The notes below the pieces were generated by a model. The model did not search any database. It saw nothing but the letters and a program-made list of their open reading frames with translations, and had not been told where the DNA came from. A stretch of 64,000 nucleotides of DNA from Styela clava (lineage: Eukaryota). Every line of letters begins with the position of its first letter. Positions within the stretch are counted from its first letter, which is position 1. The translations under genes and the position numbers were made by a program. Of the stretch, positions 51,801 through 64,000 are shown piece by piece. The stretch lies in assembly GCF_964204865.1 (NCBI RefSeq), contig NC_135256.1:22382001-22446000 (forward strand), written 5' to 3'.

Positions 51801-53269
51801 AGAATGTTTCGCACGTTTTAAATATAAAGTTACCAAATTAAGATATTTTTAGGGTGAACAAATTGTATCGAATGTCGAATATTTGGTTGTATTAGTAGCA
51901 CAATGGATATTAAATTACTGCACATCATGGTATGACATCTGATAAAATCTACTGACAATTCGTGGAAAAATGAAAAAAATGTTTGAAATCGAAATTGAGT
52001 TTATTATGATATTTCAATCGGGCGCAAGAATACTTCAAATCCAGCTCCAGCAAAAAGAACCATTTGTGAAATTGAAATGGAGCAATTGCAACGCAAGTAA
52101 TTGTGTTCCTTTTGTTTCGTCGACCACAAATACAAAATGCCTTTGTCTTTTGGTTATTTACTTAGGTTTATTTAGTATACATAAGTAAATATGAATGCAA
52201 TGCGAAGTTCTTTTGAAATCTCTCATTAACAGAATCAACATAGGTTTTTAAAAACCACTTGTTAATAGGCCGATGATCGCCTCAAAATGTGGGCAAAAAA
52301 GTTGAGGTGGACTAACAAACGCCCTTTGTTTACCATCGAGATTTTGTTTGTTTTGACGTTTACTCGCATTCCACTGCAGTCACCCAATCGCCGAGAAGGC
52401 GAAATACGGCTGAACATTCCGCTTTTGAGTGTTTTCAACGCCAGACTAAATATCCATAAAGACGCTTTTGTCAGATTAGGAGCCTGTTTATAACACGGGT
52501 CAATACATACACCCATATGTCATCCCAGTACGTTAGCTGCCTACAAACCTATGGCAGAAAATGAGCTTTAGCTCGTCTCTGCAGGATCTCAGCAAGACCA
52601 ACCGTAAACCATCTATGTCGAATATTGCATAACGAAGTTTCAACGAAGTTTTATCACGAACACTTTCAGCTACCAGTGTACTATAACCGTTCCGAAAATG
52701 AAGATAATCGCTTCTTTTTAAATCACCATCTATAGTTGAACCGAAATGTTTTCTGGATATACACAGTAAAGCTTGACCTCAAATTATCTTTAAAAAATAT
52801 TATGCTTAATGTTCACTGCGTTGTATTTGTGATTGTATTCCGCGAGGTTACAAAAGTATGAAAATAGAAATATTACGCCCTTTTTCTTCTTCTTCTAGAT
52901 GACGCTGACATCATAAAATATGTCAAGTTGTGGTTCAATCACTTACCGGTTATGATCTCATTCATATTCACAATGTAGACCACTATGAGGATATAAAACA
53001 TAGATTATTTACACAAGATTTAATGCGTTGTTTAAAAAGCTCCTTTCTTCATTTAAATAGAAAAATATTAAGTGACAGACATATCCGAGTAAATTTGAAT
53101 CATTTCTTTATTGGTTGACCACACATAAAGTTCCGTATTACATCATTTATATTTACATAAATGTTGGATGAATAAACTGTAGACTGATTCCGCGTTCTTA
53201 AAAACGGCTTTGTTTTATTTCGATTCATCACGACTATTTATGATCGTATACATTTGCTATGATATATTT

Positions 53270-54413
53270 CAGTGGTTCCCAACTTTTATGGCTCGTGGCC
53301 CCCTTCCGGCATCTTTTTGCACTCGTGGCCCTCCTGTTCGTCATTTCAAACAAACTAAACGTGTTGGATCGTATTATGTTTTTACGACGTTTTATGAAAT
53401 GCAAAAGCAAACCCCAGACCAGAAACTGAAAGCTTTTGAGTATACAATCAATTGGAATCTTAAGTTTGGTACTGACGAGGTTACTTATATAAGACACAGT
53501 GGATTCGAATCCGATATGCCACTTCATAGCTGCATTAAAGAGCGGGCATTTCCTGGAACAGAAAACTAAACTTGGCCAATGTTGCTTCCTTGTCAAATCT
53601 AACTCGCTTGGCAGCCAGGAAACCGTCATCGGCCTGTGATATTTGTGTGTGATTGTGTGACCGTGGTTTTGGAGTTTAGATGGACACAATGATTCATGGC
53701 TCATTAAATACGAGCACTGCAAGCATTAAGCACATTCTCTGTCATCTCGATTTACCAAGCCAAAGCTGACGTAACATTCCATTTTCGTATTTTATGCATT
53801 AGGAATTTACAACTGCGTTTTTTGCGTCTACAATACGATAGCGAAGGTTATCCCGCAGTCTAGTGAAACTGGTCGTCTACAGGTTAGGCCAGCGTTTCCC
53901 AACCTTTTCTGGTCGTGGACTATTTTCTCACCGGCGAAAACCTTTGTGAACTCAACGTCAGTTCATTGCAACTGTACTCTATGTGAAGAAGTAAAAAAAA
54001 AAACACAACAAATATTTAACGAATTTCAAAATCGGAAATTCGCCTCAATTACGCGTTTGTTAAAAGAGCCGACTTTTTTAGTGTATATATGAATGGCCTT
54101 TTTTGTTGCACAATATTCAATCCGATTGAGTTGTGAAATCCAATCGTTTGATTAAGCGACGCGCAAGTGACCTGTCGCGTCACCTGTTACCAAATTTATA
54201 TTCTAATAGTTGAATATTCGAATATATGCCCAGCCCTACTCAGTATCCAGTAATTATTGACTCGATTAATGTTATGTGAATAAACTTGCTTTTTATGTTT
54301 TATTTAAATTCTAACGTAAATCGTAACTTGGCCGATGGATAAGTTTCGCATAGACGTTTGAACTGCTTCGTGGCCCCCTTGGGGGGCCACTGGCTTCCGG
54401 TTGAGAACCACTG
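53270..54413. mobile_element. hAT (Charlie-like) non-autonomous element with nested fragments
   Basis: TIRs cagtggttcccaac / gttgagaaccactg; perfect 8-bp TSD atatattt; gtggcccc subterminal motifs. Extra hAT-like termini lie inside, at about 53890 (cagcgtttcccaacc) and about 54238 (gcccagcccta). Confidence 0.88.
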
Positions 54414-54470
54414 ATATATTTGGTTTATTCATATACCGCTATTGTAAAGGAGTTTGAATCAACCAAATTT

Positions 54471-54848
54471 CGGGATGGCACACATTTGTATTTTCTTTCC
54501 AATGGGACACGAAAATTGTATGATTTTCGGGAAATGAGGATAAAACATTTCGTTATGGACTTCGTGTCCATATATTTGAGCATAGCTCTCTTGTTAGTTA
54601 TGAAGGGCAAAATATATTCAGCATTAACAATATACTTCGTGAAGGGGCTGATGGACACATATATAATAGTTATGAATATAAAGTTAACAAAGTCCGTAAA
54701 TCTTGTTGTTTTGCATGTCTCTTCGTTTATGTAGTCCTATTTATTAGACTCTAAACATAAATTTAACATTTTTTTTTAAAATTTTATTCCAATGGGAATC
54801 CCATGGGATGGGAATGGGACAGAAAAATATGTCCCATGGACAAACCTG
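54471..54848. mobile_element. Inverted, one-end-truncated copy of the 20007-20459 hAT MITE
   Basis: Reverse-complement similarity over about 380 bp; intact terminus gtcccatggacaaacctg. Confidence 0.85.
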
Positions 54849-55732
54849 CATATACCGAAAAAATCGATATTAATTTGCACAAGTTTTTAGGTATTTCCAA
54901 TGTTGTCTTTTTGTATTCAATGATTTAAATATCGGACAAGATGCACAAGGACCTTTCTCACTTCGAATGAGATTAAAATCTAATCATCAAATCTTAATCT
55001 GAGATAATCAGTACAGCTGCTGCTAAGACGTCATAAAGTTGGAATTTCTGATAGAAACACTATCAATAAACTTGTGTTAATACCAGTACAATTAATCACT
55101 TCATTGTTAAACCGCAATCACCTTGTAGATGTTTATCATTTGTTAGCGAAGAAAAAGTAATTAACCAAGCTCAGAAACACCTACACACATACACGCACGG
55201 CAACGCATACAAAACGTTCACGGTATGATATCTGCATGGCTCACGATTGACAAGTTGTCATTGCTCCTCCAGTATGTTTTCAAAATAATACAAGTGCGAC
55301 CACTGATCACGTTTAGAAATGGAAACAGTATTTCACCGAAACTTGTGTTTTCAAATCAAACATAGAGGAGGTGTTTGGAATATACCACGGCATAGTGGTT
55401 ACGCCCTCCTACATTGTTGGCTTAGTACTTTTTTTTAATTGCCAATATAGACAGAAATAAAGCGATTACGGACACAGAATGATATTATGACTAAGCTAAA
55501 TACTGTATAAAATTCAATGACATCATTGCAGTTTTACCAAGGCGAGCGCAGTTAAAATTGTGGCCCGTTTGATTATACAAATTATACAAAAATGCAATGG
55601 AAATTGGTTTAGAAACAACAGCTGAGGTTGTAATGATCTTTTATTTAAATTATCGTAATCATAAGTTAAGAAATTGCACATTACAATATTGGATCCACAT
55701 TAAAAATGTTCTCTGAAGAATAGAGTGTCTCA

Positions 55733-55960
55733 ATGTTTTGCCAACATTCAGATATTAATTATCATGACATCACTGACCTAAGCGGATTTTCACAAGATGA
55801 TGCGACAAATCCCAGAAACTTAACCTTTAATACCAAGGCTAACGTATTAGTTGGAGATGTGACGCGTGGGACGAGCGATTATCCCGACTTATCGAATAGA
55901 TTTGTCGGATTACATCTAACTGGTTCAACCTGTCGTCGAGGATCAAGCCAAATACCTCAA
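55733..55960 (+). CDS. Candidate first coding exon of a gene that continues beyond the window
   Basis: ATG-initiated, 76 codons of natural-looking composition, GC above the flanks, ending ...CRRGSSQIPQ|gtatgt (phase-0 donor). No downstream exon recognised. Confidence 0.4.
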
Positions 55961-58900
55961 GTATGTGCTAGTTTACATGTATCAAAATATAAAATGTTAT
56001 ACTATATAATTAGTTTTACCATAAATTTGAACTCCTAAATACGTCTCCACCCTCTTTAAATATTTTAGTCAGTAAGCCGCCTTAAAACTCGAGACCTCAG
56101 TAACATGCACCATACTATTGAAGTAATCTTAAATCACGTGAAGAGATTCTCCCGGACGCAAGATTTGTCTAAGCGCGAAATAGAAGACCAAAACCATAAT
56201 ATAATGTTTTATTTTGATATCCAAATTACACTCGGAGGTTGAGCAAGCTTATTATACTAATAAATTTGAAAATTTGTAATAGAAAACTGATCACCTGTTT
56301 TACAAAAATAGGGACTTTTCAAAAAATGTTTGTTTGCTTAAGTTTTATTCAACAAAGGGCTGTCTGTTTTGCCTCAACTACATATTATTATTCCACAATA
56401 CATATCAAAAATAAAACAAAAAAATCAATCTTTACAAAAATATCCAGAATAAGATGTTTTGTCAACAGATGTCTTTGCGGCGGTTAACATTTGTGTGGTG
56501 ATATTTGGAAGACACGAAAAAAACCCGAATAGGTTTACATTTTCCAGTTTATGCGATTCTTCGAAATTTTAAACCTCAAAATCCGCGTAAGCTAACAAGC
56601 AAAAATGCAATTCATTATCTGACAACGACCTTTCGTGGCCCCGAATACTAATGTAAAGACGCTGTATCATAAGACAAGTTGTCAAACAAACCTTGGTGAT
56701 ACAGAAGATTGGCACGCGAATCCTTTCCAATACTTATCACGGTGGCAAAGTTTACATACAATAAATCAACTAAGCGTAATTTTTTTAAAAATCGGAATTT
56801 TTATAATTTTATATTCACACGTTACAATCACGATTAAAATCATTACGTCAATGAGATCGTCGTTGTGATCGATTCTGATAAAATAGGAGTTGATATGATG
56901 ACTTTGGTAACAAGGTGAATACAGGTCAAAGATGAAACAATAATAAACCCCGCCGTGTGATATGGATTATCCACAGGCCATGGCCGAACTATGTAACATC
57001 GATTTTACGAATTTTATTAAAGAAGTATATCCAGAACATCATCTCATTAGAAAATGTCAAACTTTTCATCATTCATCGATAACGCGTGAATATTGTCTTA
57101 ATTTATTGTTGTGGTTTTAGGAAAGTCAGTCTCACTTCCTAGATGAATTACAATGCAATTTTGTTTTTGCAAGGTAGCTTTATCCTGTGAAAAGCGTGTA
57201 AGTTTTGATTTTTATCAATAAACTTATTTTGTGATATAAAAAGTGATTGATTGCAGACAAGCGTGAGGTAGCAGATTATTTGAACGAATAGAGATAAAGA
57301 GTAGTAAACCGTGACAAAATTCTACCATCTTATCTCTTATCTATCATTGTAATATAAACGATACATTGTATCTTCCAAACAGAATTCTGTAGTTGACGTC
57401 ATAAATGCATGAAATACACAAATTAGATCATAGATTGCATTTTCTCATAATCTTTTTTTTTTGGAAACATCTAAACTTCACTTTAAAACTCAACATTTCA
57501 TTAAATTACTAATACAAACAATCATTCAGTGGTTGCATCGCATGAAAGAAATCTCTGACCAGCATCTCGTGTACCCGGTAACTGTTAGCAACGCTTAACA
57601 TAACAAAAGGATTTAATTAGGTGTTGGACTTTACTGATCCAAAATCTTGACTTTACAAAAAGCGTGGCAAAGCCGTAACCGGAGCAAATCTCAGACAATA
57701 AAATTATCTCATTGCATGTATTGTTTCTACTATGAATGACGTCAATTGAGATATCGTTATAATTTGCATAAATATGCTGTCATCGAACATCTTCATCTAT
57801 AGAAACATATCTTAATAATGGTTACAAGAAATCGTTCGCATTTTTATACTCCACCATTGTTGTCGCCCGCTTGTTTTGATTTTTGTTCTAATTTCTCACG
57901 ATTTTAATATGCGACGAGTAGAATGGGCATACCAAATTTGACCTCGGACGACCCAGGTTCCAGAATTCTTGCATCCATCTGTAATATTTATATATTTATT
58001 CGTATAAACATACTAGATTGGGATGATCTGGTCTCAGAAAATATTTGGATTCAGCAGTAATTTAAATCCAACATACTAGTGCATACCGGCACCATTGAGT
58101 AATTTATGGGAAACGAAAACCAAGAATGTCATTGTTTATAATTTAGGATTAACTGTCATAGCGATGCCAACTCGTAATGACATAGATTTCAACGACTTGT
58201 TTACAAACTTCTGAATATTTTGGCTTCAGCTGAGCAATGGGATCTATAAGCCACGTAGCGCAATATTCCAGAGATTGAAGTTTAAAATCATTGGTATAGG
58301 TAGTTGATTGCAACTATATCGGCGATGGAATGTATTTGAAATATAATATTCTATCATTCACACATTCAATATTTAAATTTTATTGGTAAATTTACTCAGA
58401 GGAGCTAAAATTATCGCATTTGGATGCCAACCACTCAACTTACAATGTCTTTTGAAAGATTATTTTTAAGGAGAAATTAAACAAAAACAAAAGGATATTC
58501 TGTTGTTACCACGCGTTTAAATATTTTCAAGAAAATATGATATTAGTTTATCATTTTTAAAAATAAATATATGCAAATTCTATAACTTTAAAAATCTATA
58601 TAACGTTACATGGCGGTAGTATGATGCAAACTATTTCAACCGAGGCGTGGAACGTTCGTTCCAATGGTCGCGAACTCATTGCGGGATTAGCGAATACCGA
58701 TGTTTATCGAGCGTGCCGCTTTAAGTCTTTTGCCCATTATATGCCCATCAACGTCAAGATATGTCATCTCGCTTTATGAAAACTGCTACAAGTGGCGAAG
58801 TGAAAGTGTACCGTCATTGTCTGTTTGCAATGACCCCCGTTGAAAGGTGAAATACCTGTCGCCGCAACAGAAAGCAAAACATTCTGGTAAACTAATGGAA

Positions 58901-60112
58901 TGAGCGCGAGCGTAAAAACAAATATTTGGCAACTGATCACTTAGGAATACTAGTTCCTCATGCGATGTTTGAATTCAAATATCAGTTAGGCCATAAAAAT
59001 CAATTTCATTGTCAAAAACCTCATTGTCTGATTGCAATGCCCATTATAAGTCAGTTCCATTTTCTGGCGGTGGAAAGTGAAATCCCTCGTTGAGTGAACA
59101 TATTATACAAAAAATCAAGAAAAAATCGATCTATTCCGCTCCCCCGTACACATGCGTTCACCTATGATTAATAAGAATCAGCAACACAATATGCTGATTA
59201 TAGCGTAAACAATGTAGATTAAAAATGTATAAAAGTTATAAATTATAACTCGTCTTATCTTTACACATAGAATTTATTACAAACACCATAATGTTCACAG
59301 TCTTCCACTGGTAAATATCTTGAATGCTTGAATAACATAACGAGATTTATCAACGCAGTAGTTTGAATTGAATATAGTAAACAGTAACCAGTACATCAAC
59401 AGCAAATAATGTTAGAAATATTAAACTTTATATTGCAATTAGTACTCGAATAAATCAACTTTTCTCGTTTGGTCAATATTGTCTAACTCTAAATAATAAA
59501 ATACGTGCCAAATCAGGTTGAACAATACACACCTTTTGATGTGCTTTCTATTTTGATTGTATTACAAGAAAAAAAAATTGAAGTTAATTCTCTTGTACGT
59601 GCCATGGTTATGTAAATAAAAATGAGTTGAGGCAAAATTGGCCGAAACCTGTATTTTTACGCATTTCATCAATGTGACCATAGACATTGTGTCTCGTTTA
59701 CTTTTCAAAGCCTATGATAACGAAGTCTTGTCAAAAATGCATTGTCATATTTCATAAGAATATGAGCTGTTTATTTACTTTACGCTTATGAAAATCCGAC
59801 GGCTGAGGTCAACAGGTTGCAAACAAATTGTTTGGAGATGAAACTTTAAATGGCTGTGTGAATTAAAGTAATAGATGATGTTTTTACACAAAATACGGCT
59901 TGTATAAACAAAACCACATTGTTTATTTGCTTTCTCCGGGGTCAAATTTATTTCCTGTCCCGTTATTCAAAGCTGGCGATACAAACAAAAGATTCCAAAT
60001 GTTATACGGCGCAGATTGGAAAGCGTGAATCTATAACAAGGCATGAATAAAACGAAACGAATGAACAGATGATTAACTGACTTAAAAAAGTAGGCAAATC
60101 TGCGCTTTTTCC

Positions 60113-60299
60113 GGCGCTCCGGAAGTGTGTGTACCAATATGGAGGTGACTAATTTTGTTCGCCTATTTTACATCAAGTTGTGTGAAGAAACTGAAACCAA
60201 TGGATAGGGGGTATATTAACTTGGCTCCGAACTCGTAATTGAACTAAAATAAGAAATATCGGAATAACCCTAACTCGGTACACACACTACGGGAGTACC
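60113..60299. mobile_element. Copy of the foldback MITE family
   Basis: ggcgctccggaagtgtgtgtacc / ggtacacacactacgggagtacc; T-rich flanks; contains taaccctaa. Confidence 0.75.
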
Positions 60300-63200
60300 C
60301 TTTTTCATGCTCCTAATGCGGCTTTATGAGTTTAAGTTAGGAGCAATACCATCTCTCACAAACAGAATTGAATGAAGTGTATTTATACAGTATCCATATT
60401 TAAAATTGTCTATGTTTATCCTTGTGGTGTGCGCGTTAGCACTAATATGTTGGTAGTGTTGGGCTAGGCTGTGGACATCGAGTTTTTATCTAAAACTGGT
60501 CATATACGGTCAACATATTTCATCACTTCAATCACAGTGCAAAAATACATTGGGCCATTTAGATTGATCTATGAACTGAAGCCAAGTCACTGCTGGGCAA
60601 ACAAATACTCGTCAAACACCCAGTCTAACAACTGGGGTCAAATGCCTGATTGCGCAACGTAACTTTGACTTTTCGGTAATTGGGAAAAGATTATGAAACC
60701 ATGCAAGCGGTTACGCTGACAGGAAAATAGCAAAATTATTGCCGATCCGCGATCCGCAGGTTGTTCACCACCGATCGATCGTTCAAACCCATTAGCATTT
60801 TCCAAGTTTTGTTGAAGGCGGGTACGTGCAATAAAATATTCGAATGCAGACGCACAGAGTCTTTGTTAACGGAAGAATGAATAAAGATAGCTGTTTGGGT
60901 TGCTGCAAAGCATTTAAATGTTTATTTTTCTATAATATGATTTAGTTTTATCGTATTTACGATCTAACTTATGTCTATTGTGTTGCGCATGCTTTCACGA
61001 CTTAAAAACGTGTCAGCGAATCATCATCTATTGTTTGCTATTGGGCGACCGATAATCGCGTATCATCCTCCTGAAAGTGTATTACCTGATACATACATGA
61101 TGAATAGTCATGCATCTGGAATGCAGTTAACCTTGTTAGAAAAAAGTGAGACAATGATTTCGTGCCACGACATTGGACTAGACGATTTCGTTAAGTACAT
61201 TCTCTCTCTGACCACTAATCCATAGAAGACGAGAAGATATATCACAGAACTACAATATTTCACCCGAATAAGTACGAAGTGAATTTGGATATTGACTAAT
61301 AATTTTTGATTGAATGATTGAAAACCTTGACATTTTCAATATCTCATCAGTTTTGTTAATGAAGCGTGAAGTTGCATTTCAGCAACTGGCACGCACATCG
61401 CTCACTTATCTGTAGTTAACAATACTAAATTAGTGATACGGTGAATTATTGAAATATGAATTTAGTTGCAAACCAATATAGGATAGGCTAATAGCTTCAA
61501 TGGAGCCAGTTTTTCTGGATCCTAATAATAACTTCGTTGTGAGTCAAAATGAATCAGTGTCATGACAGACAACATTGTTTATTATCTTAACTATATTGCG
61601 TGTAGATACCGCCAAATGAATGCATACTGCAAAAAGTAAGCTCAATATAAACCGTGATTTCAAAGCATTTGATATACTTGTATATAAAGATATGAAAATT
61701 AATTGAACTTGAACGCTGACACCGGTCCTATTTGAAAACTGGTTTGAAACTTACTTCAAGATAATGGGTTAATTGAACCCTCTGGGATGGATAAAAGATA
61801 CTTTTATGCCAGGGTGAAATTTACGATTTTGTTTCTGCGCCAGTGCACGCGACTTTCATGTAGAACGATCCCATGCAACTCCAAGAATATCTTTCGCAAG
61901 AACGCACGTGAGATCAAATTGTGTCGAAATATACTAACTTGCCATCACGAACTATTCTTTTAAATGTTATGAAAACATATCCCATAGATCAGGAACAAGG
62001 AAAAAATGCATTTGTTGTCAGTTTTATTTGCTTTTGAATTCATCCAACATTCATAAAGTTTTCTGAAATAATAATCTGTTATGAAATTATCAACACATGC
62101 AACGTAAAACATATACCTTAATTCAATTCAAACGATATGTACTATTCAAAAGGTTCCCCTTTTTCATTCGGTTCTCCATCTCGTAAAAGTGCAATATTAT
62201 CTCAAGATCGTAATTCAAGAACACACTTCGTGACATGCAACCATTCATGGTTCGAATGTTGTTAAAAAAAACATATATTCAGCACAATTGACCCCAAATT
62301 CCATTAAAATAAAATATGTTGAGTATACGTATAGTCAGGCATGGACTGTGATTTGTGCCCGTATTTCCGTGTGCTAAGATATTAATTTTAAAGGTTTGCA
62401 ATGTATTTACGACTATTCGGAACAACTGGAAAACGGTTAGGTCAATATTTTTAACGAAAACGAAAGAAAAGACGTTCATTACCAATATGGTGTTAAAATG
62501 TTATGATCACTATTTTTTGAACGAGAAATATTTACCATTCCTTTATTCGTGAAAAATAGTGTTTCTAAATCAACAAGAGAAAATCCATATTAATTTAAAT
62601 GTAAATGCCAAAGGAGTTCTTTTACAACGAAATGCCAACCGTTCGCTCGAAATGGTTGTGTCTAACACAATAAATTTTAATGTTTTAATACTATTCTAGG
62701 TAACGTGTATTTGTAATATTGCGTATTTATAAAGCGGTGTCACAAATTCCACATTCATACAAATATCGAAATAAATACAACCCTTATAAAGTATTCCGTG
62801 GTTTTAAACCCTTGGTATTGTGTGGAAATAATAGTTATCAAATCCATATGATACAAACTCAACTTGCATCGCATTCCATATCGTGTTTGCAACCTATCGA
62901 ATGCGCCAGGAAATTCACCAAGCACCTGTTTTGTAGAGTTTTTCATTTTTACTTTATTTACATAATGTTTCAACCTTTGGACAGGTCCAAATTATATGCA
63001 AATGTTACCTACATTGGCCATAAACTAAGTGTGTCAATATTACAAATCACTCACGTGAACAATGAAATTTATGATTTGCGGAAATGCGGGATTGATTTCA
63101 GTTTATTGGGACCGGAATACATTAGATTCGAAAGACTGTGGGGTAAAATAAATAAAACACTCGATTAAGAGCTAGAAAGGACTATGAGTATTCGAATTTT

Positions 63201-64000
63201 TATTGTAAATGGCCAACTTCATGAACGGTATTTAGATTTTTATTATCTTTAGAGCATGTAATTGAGAAATATAAATATCAAGTAGTTTTTGATTATTTAA
63301 CATAATTGTAACTCGTAACAATGAACCCTTGATAGTACGTTGATAGTATAGGACTACAGAAGACATTCTTTATAAAAGTGACTGGTAATTGGAACGCCTT
63401 TTTCAAATGATATTTTTCGTATGATTTTATCTTGTACAAAATGACAAAGCTTTTTTTGTTTAAAATTAAACTTTCGTGTACGCCAACAAGTGGTTCACGT
63501 AGGAATCAATTGCAATTTCAATCAAACCGGATTATTACTCATAATACATTATTGGAAATTAATATTCGCGGTAAAGGTTATCAAAATCGTACACTGTAGT
63601 ATAGATGGAACATTAATGTTTTTCCTTGAACCTGTTGACAAGTTGTTTCTATTTTAAGCTTTATTATTTCACGACCTTTGTTGGTTGAAGTGGGTGGTGC
63701 AGCGACGGTGTTTCTTTACTGGATCCAAACCCTTTTCAAGTGTAATTTCAGAAAAAGTCAACAGCTGGACCGGAAAAGGTCGAAATCAACGCCGTAGTAA
63801 AACATTATTTACACCACAATTCGGAATCATTTGAACCTTATTTGACTAGCGAAATGGAAAGAACAAAGTTAGTATACATTTTGCAGTAAGCAATGAAGGA
63901 TGAGTCCAAAACACTGTTGTTAAAACTGTTGGTTGTTATATTCTTCGTTAAACACATAATTTGTTTTCATAATTGAACACCTGGATGGCAGCATATGGAC

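Noticed and set aside
53480-53570. tRNA-like GGATTCGAATCC B-box
   Set aside because: No cloverleaf or properly spaced A-box; it lies inside a transposon.
58621-58780. WNVRS peptide suggesting a LINE endonuclease start
   Set aside because: No downstream QET or other APE motifs; too short to support.
60971-61225. ORF with a transit-peptide-like start and a possible gtgaga donor at 61146
   Set aside because: Weak donor context and no other support.
62719-63168. 149-aa ORF
   Set aside because: Non-ATG start, AT-driven composition and no motifs.

Overview
AT-rich (about one-third GC by eye) intron-containing animal DNA, probably from a marine invertebrate. A tunicate-like genome is only a guess from gene style and the transposon mix. 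It is not prokaryotic, so most entries in the ORF track are chance ORFs. Two spliced + strand genes can be rebuilt by hand. (1) The last three coding exons (8135-10605) of a cGMP phosphodiesterase of the PDE5/6/11 group, ending in a CaaX box (SKMCRVM). Its stop codon is in the UGA-CUAG readthrough context and is followed by a roughly 2.2 kb 3' UTR packed with G-U-rich hairpins. (2) A complete six-coding-exon gene (17909-24083, 434 aa) for a type I membrane protein: signal peptide, one MAM domain, Ser/Thr stalk, TM helix and a YQKL tail. The remaining 40 kb or so has no complete gene. It holds hAT, Tc1/mariner-type and foldback non-autonomous elements, a decayed Buster/Charlie transposase, many CRE palindromes and a candidate orphan first exon at 55733-55960 with an RRGS site. 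The best lead is a possible readthrough-controlled prenylation switch on the PDE, coupled to a highly structured 3' UTR.
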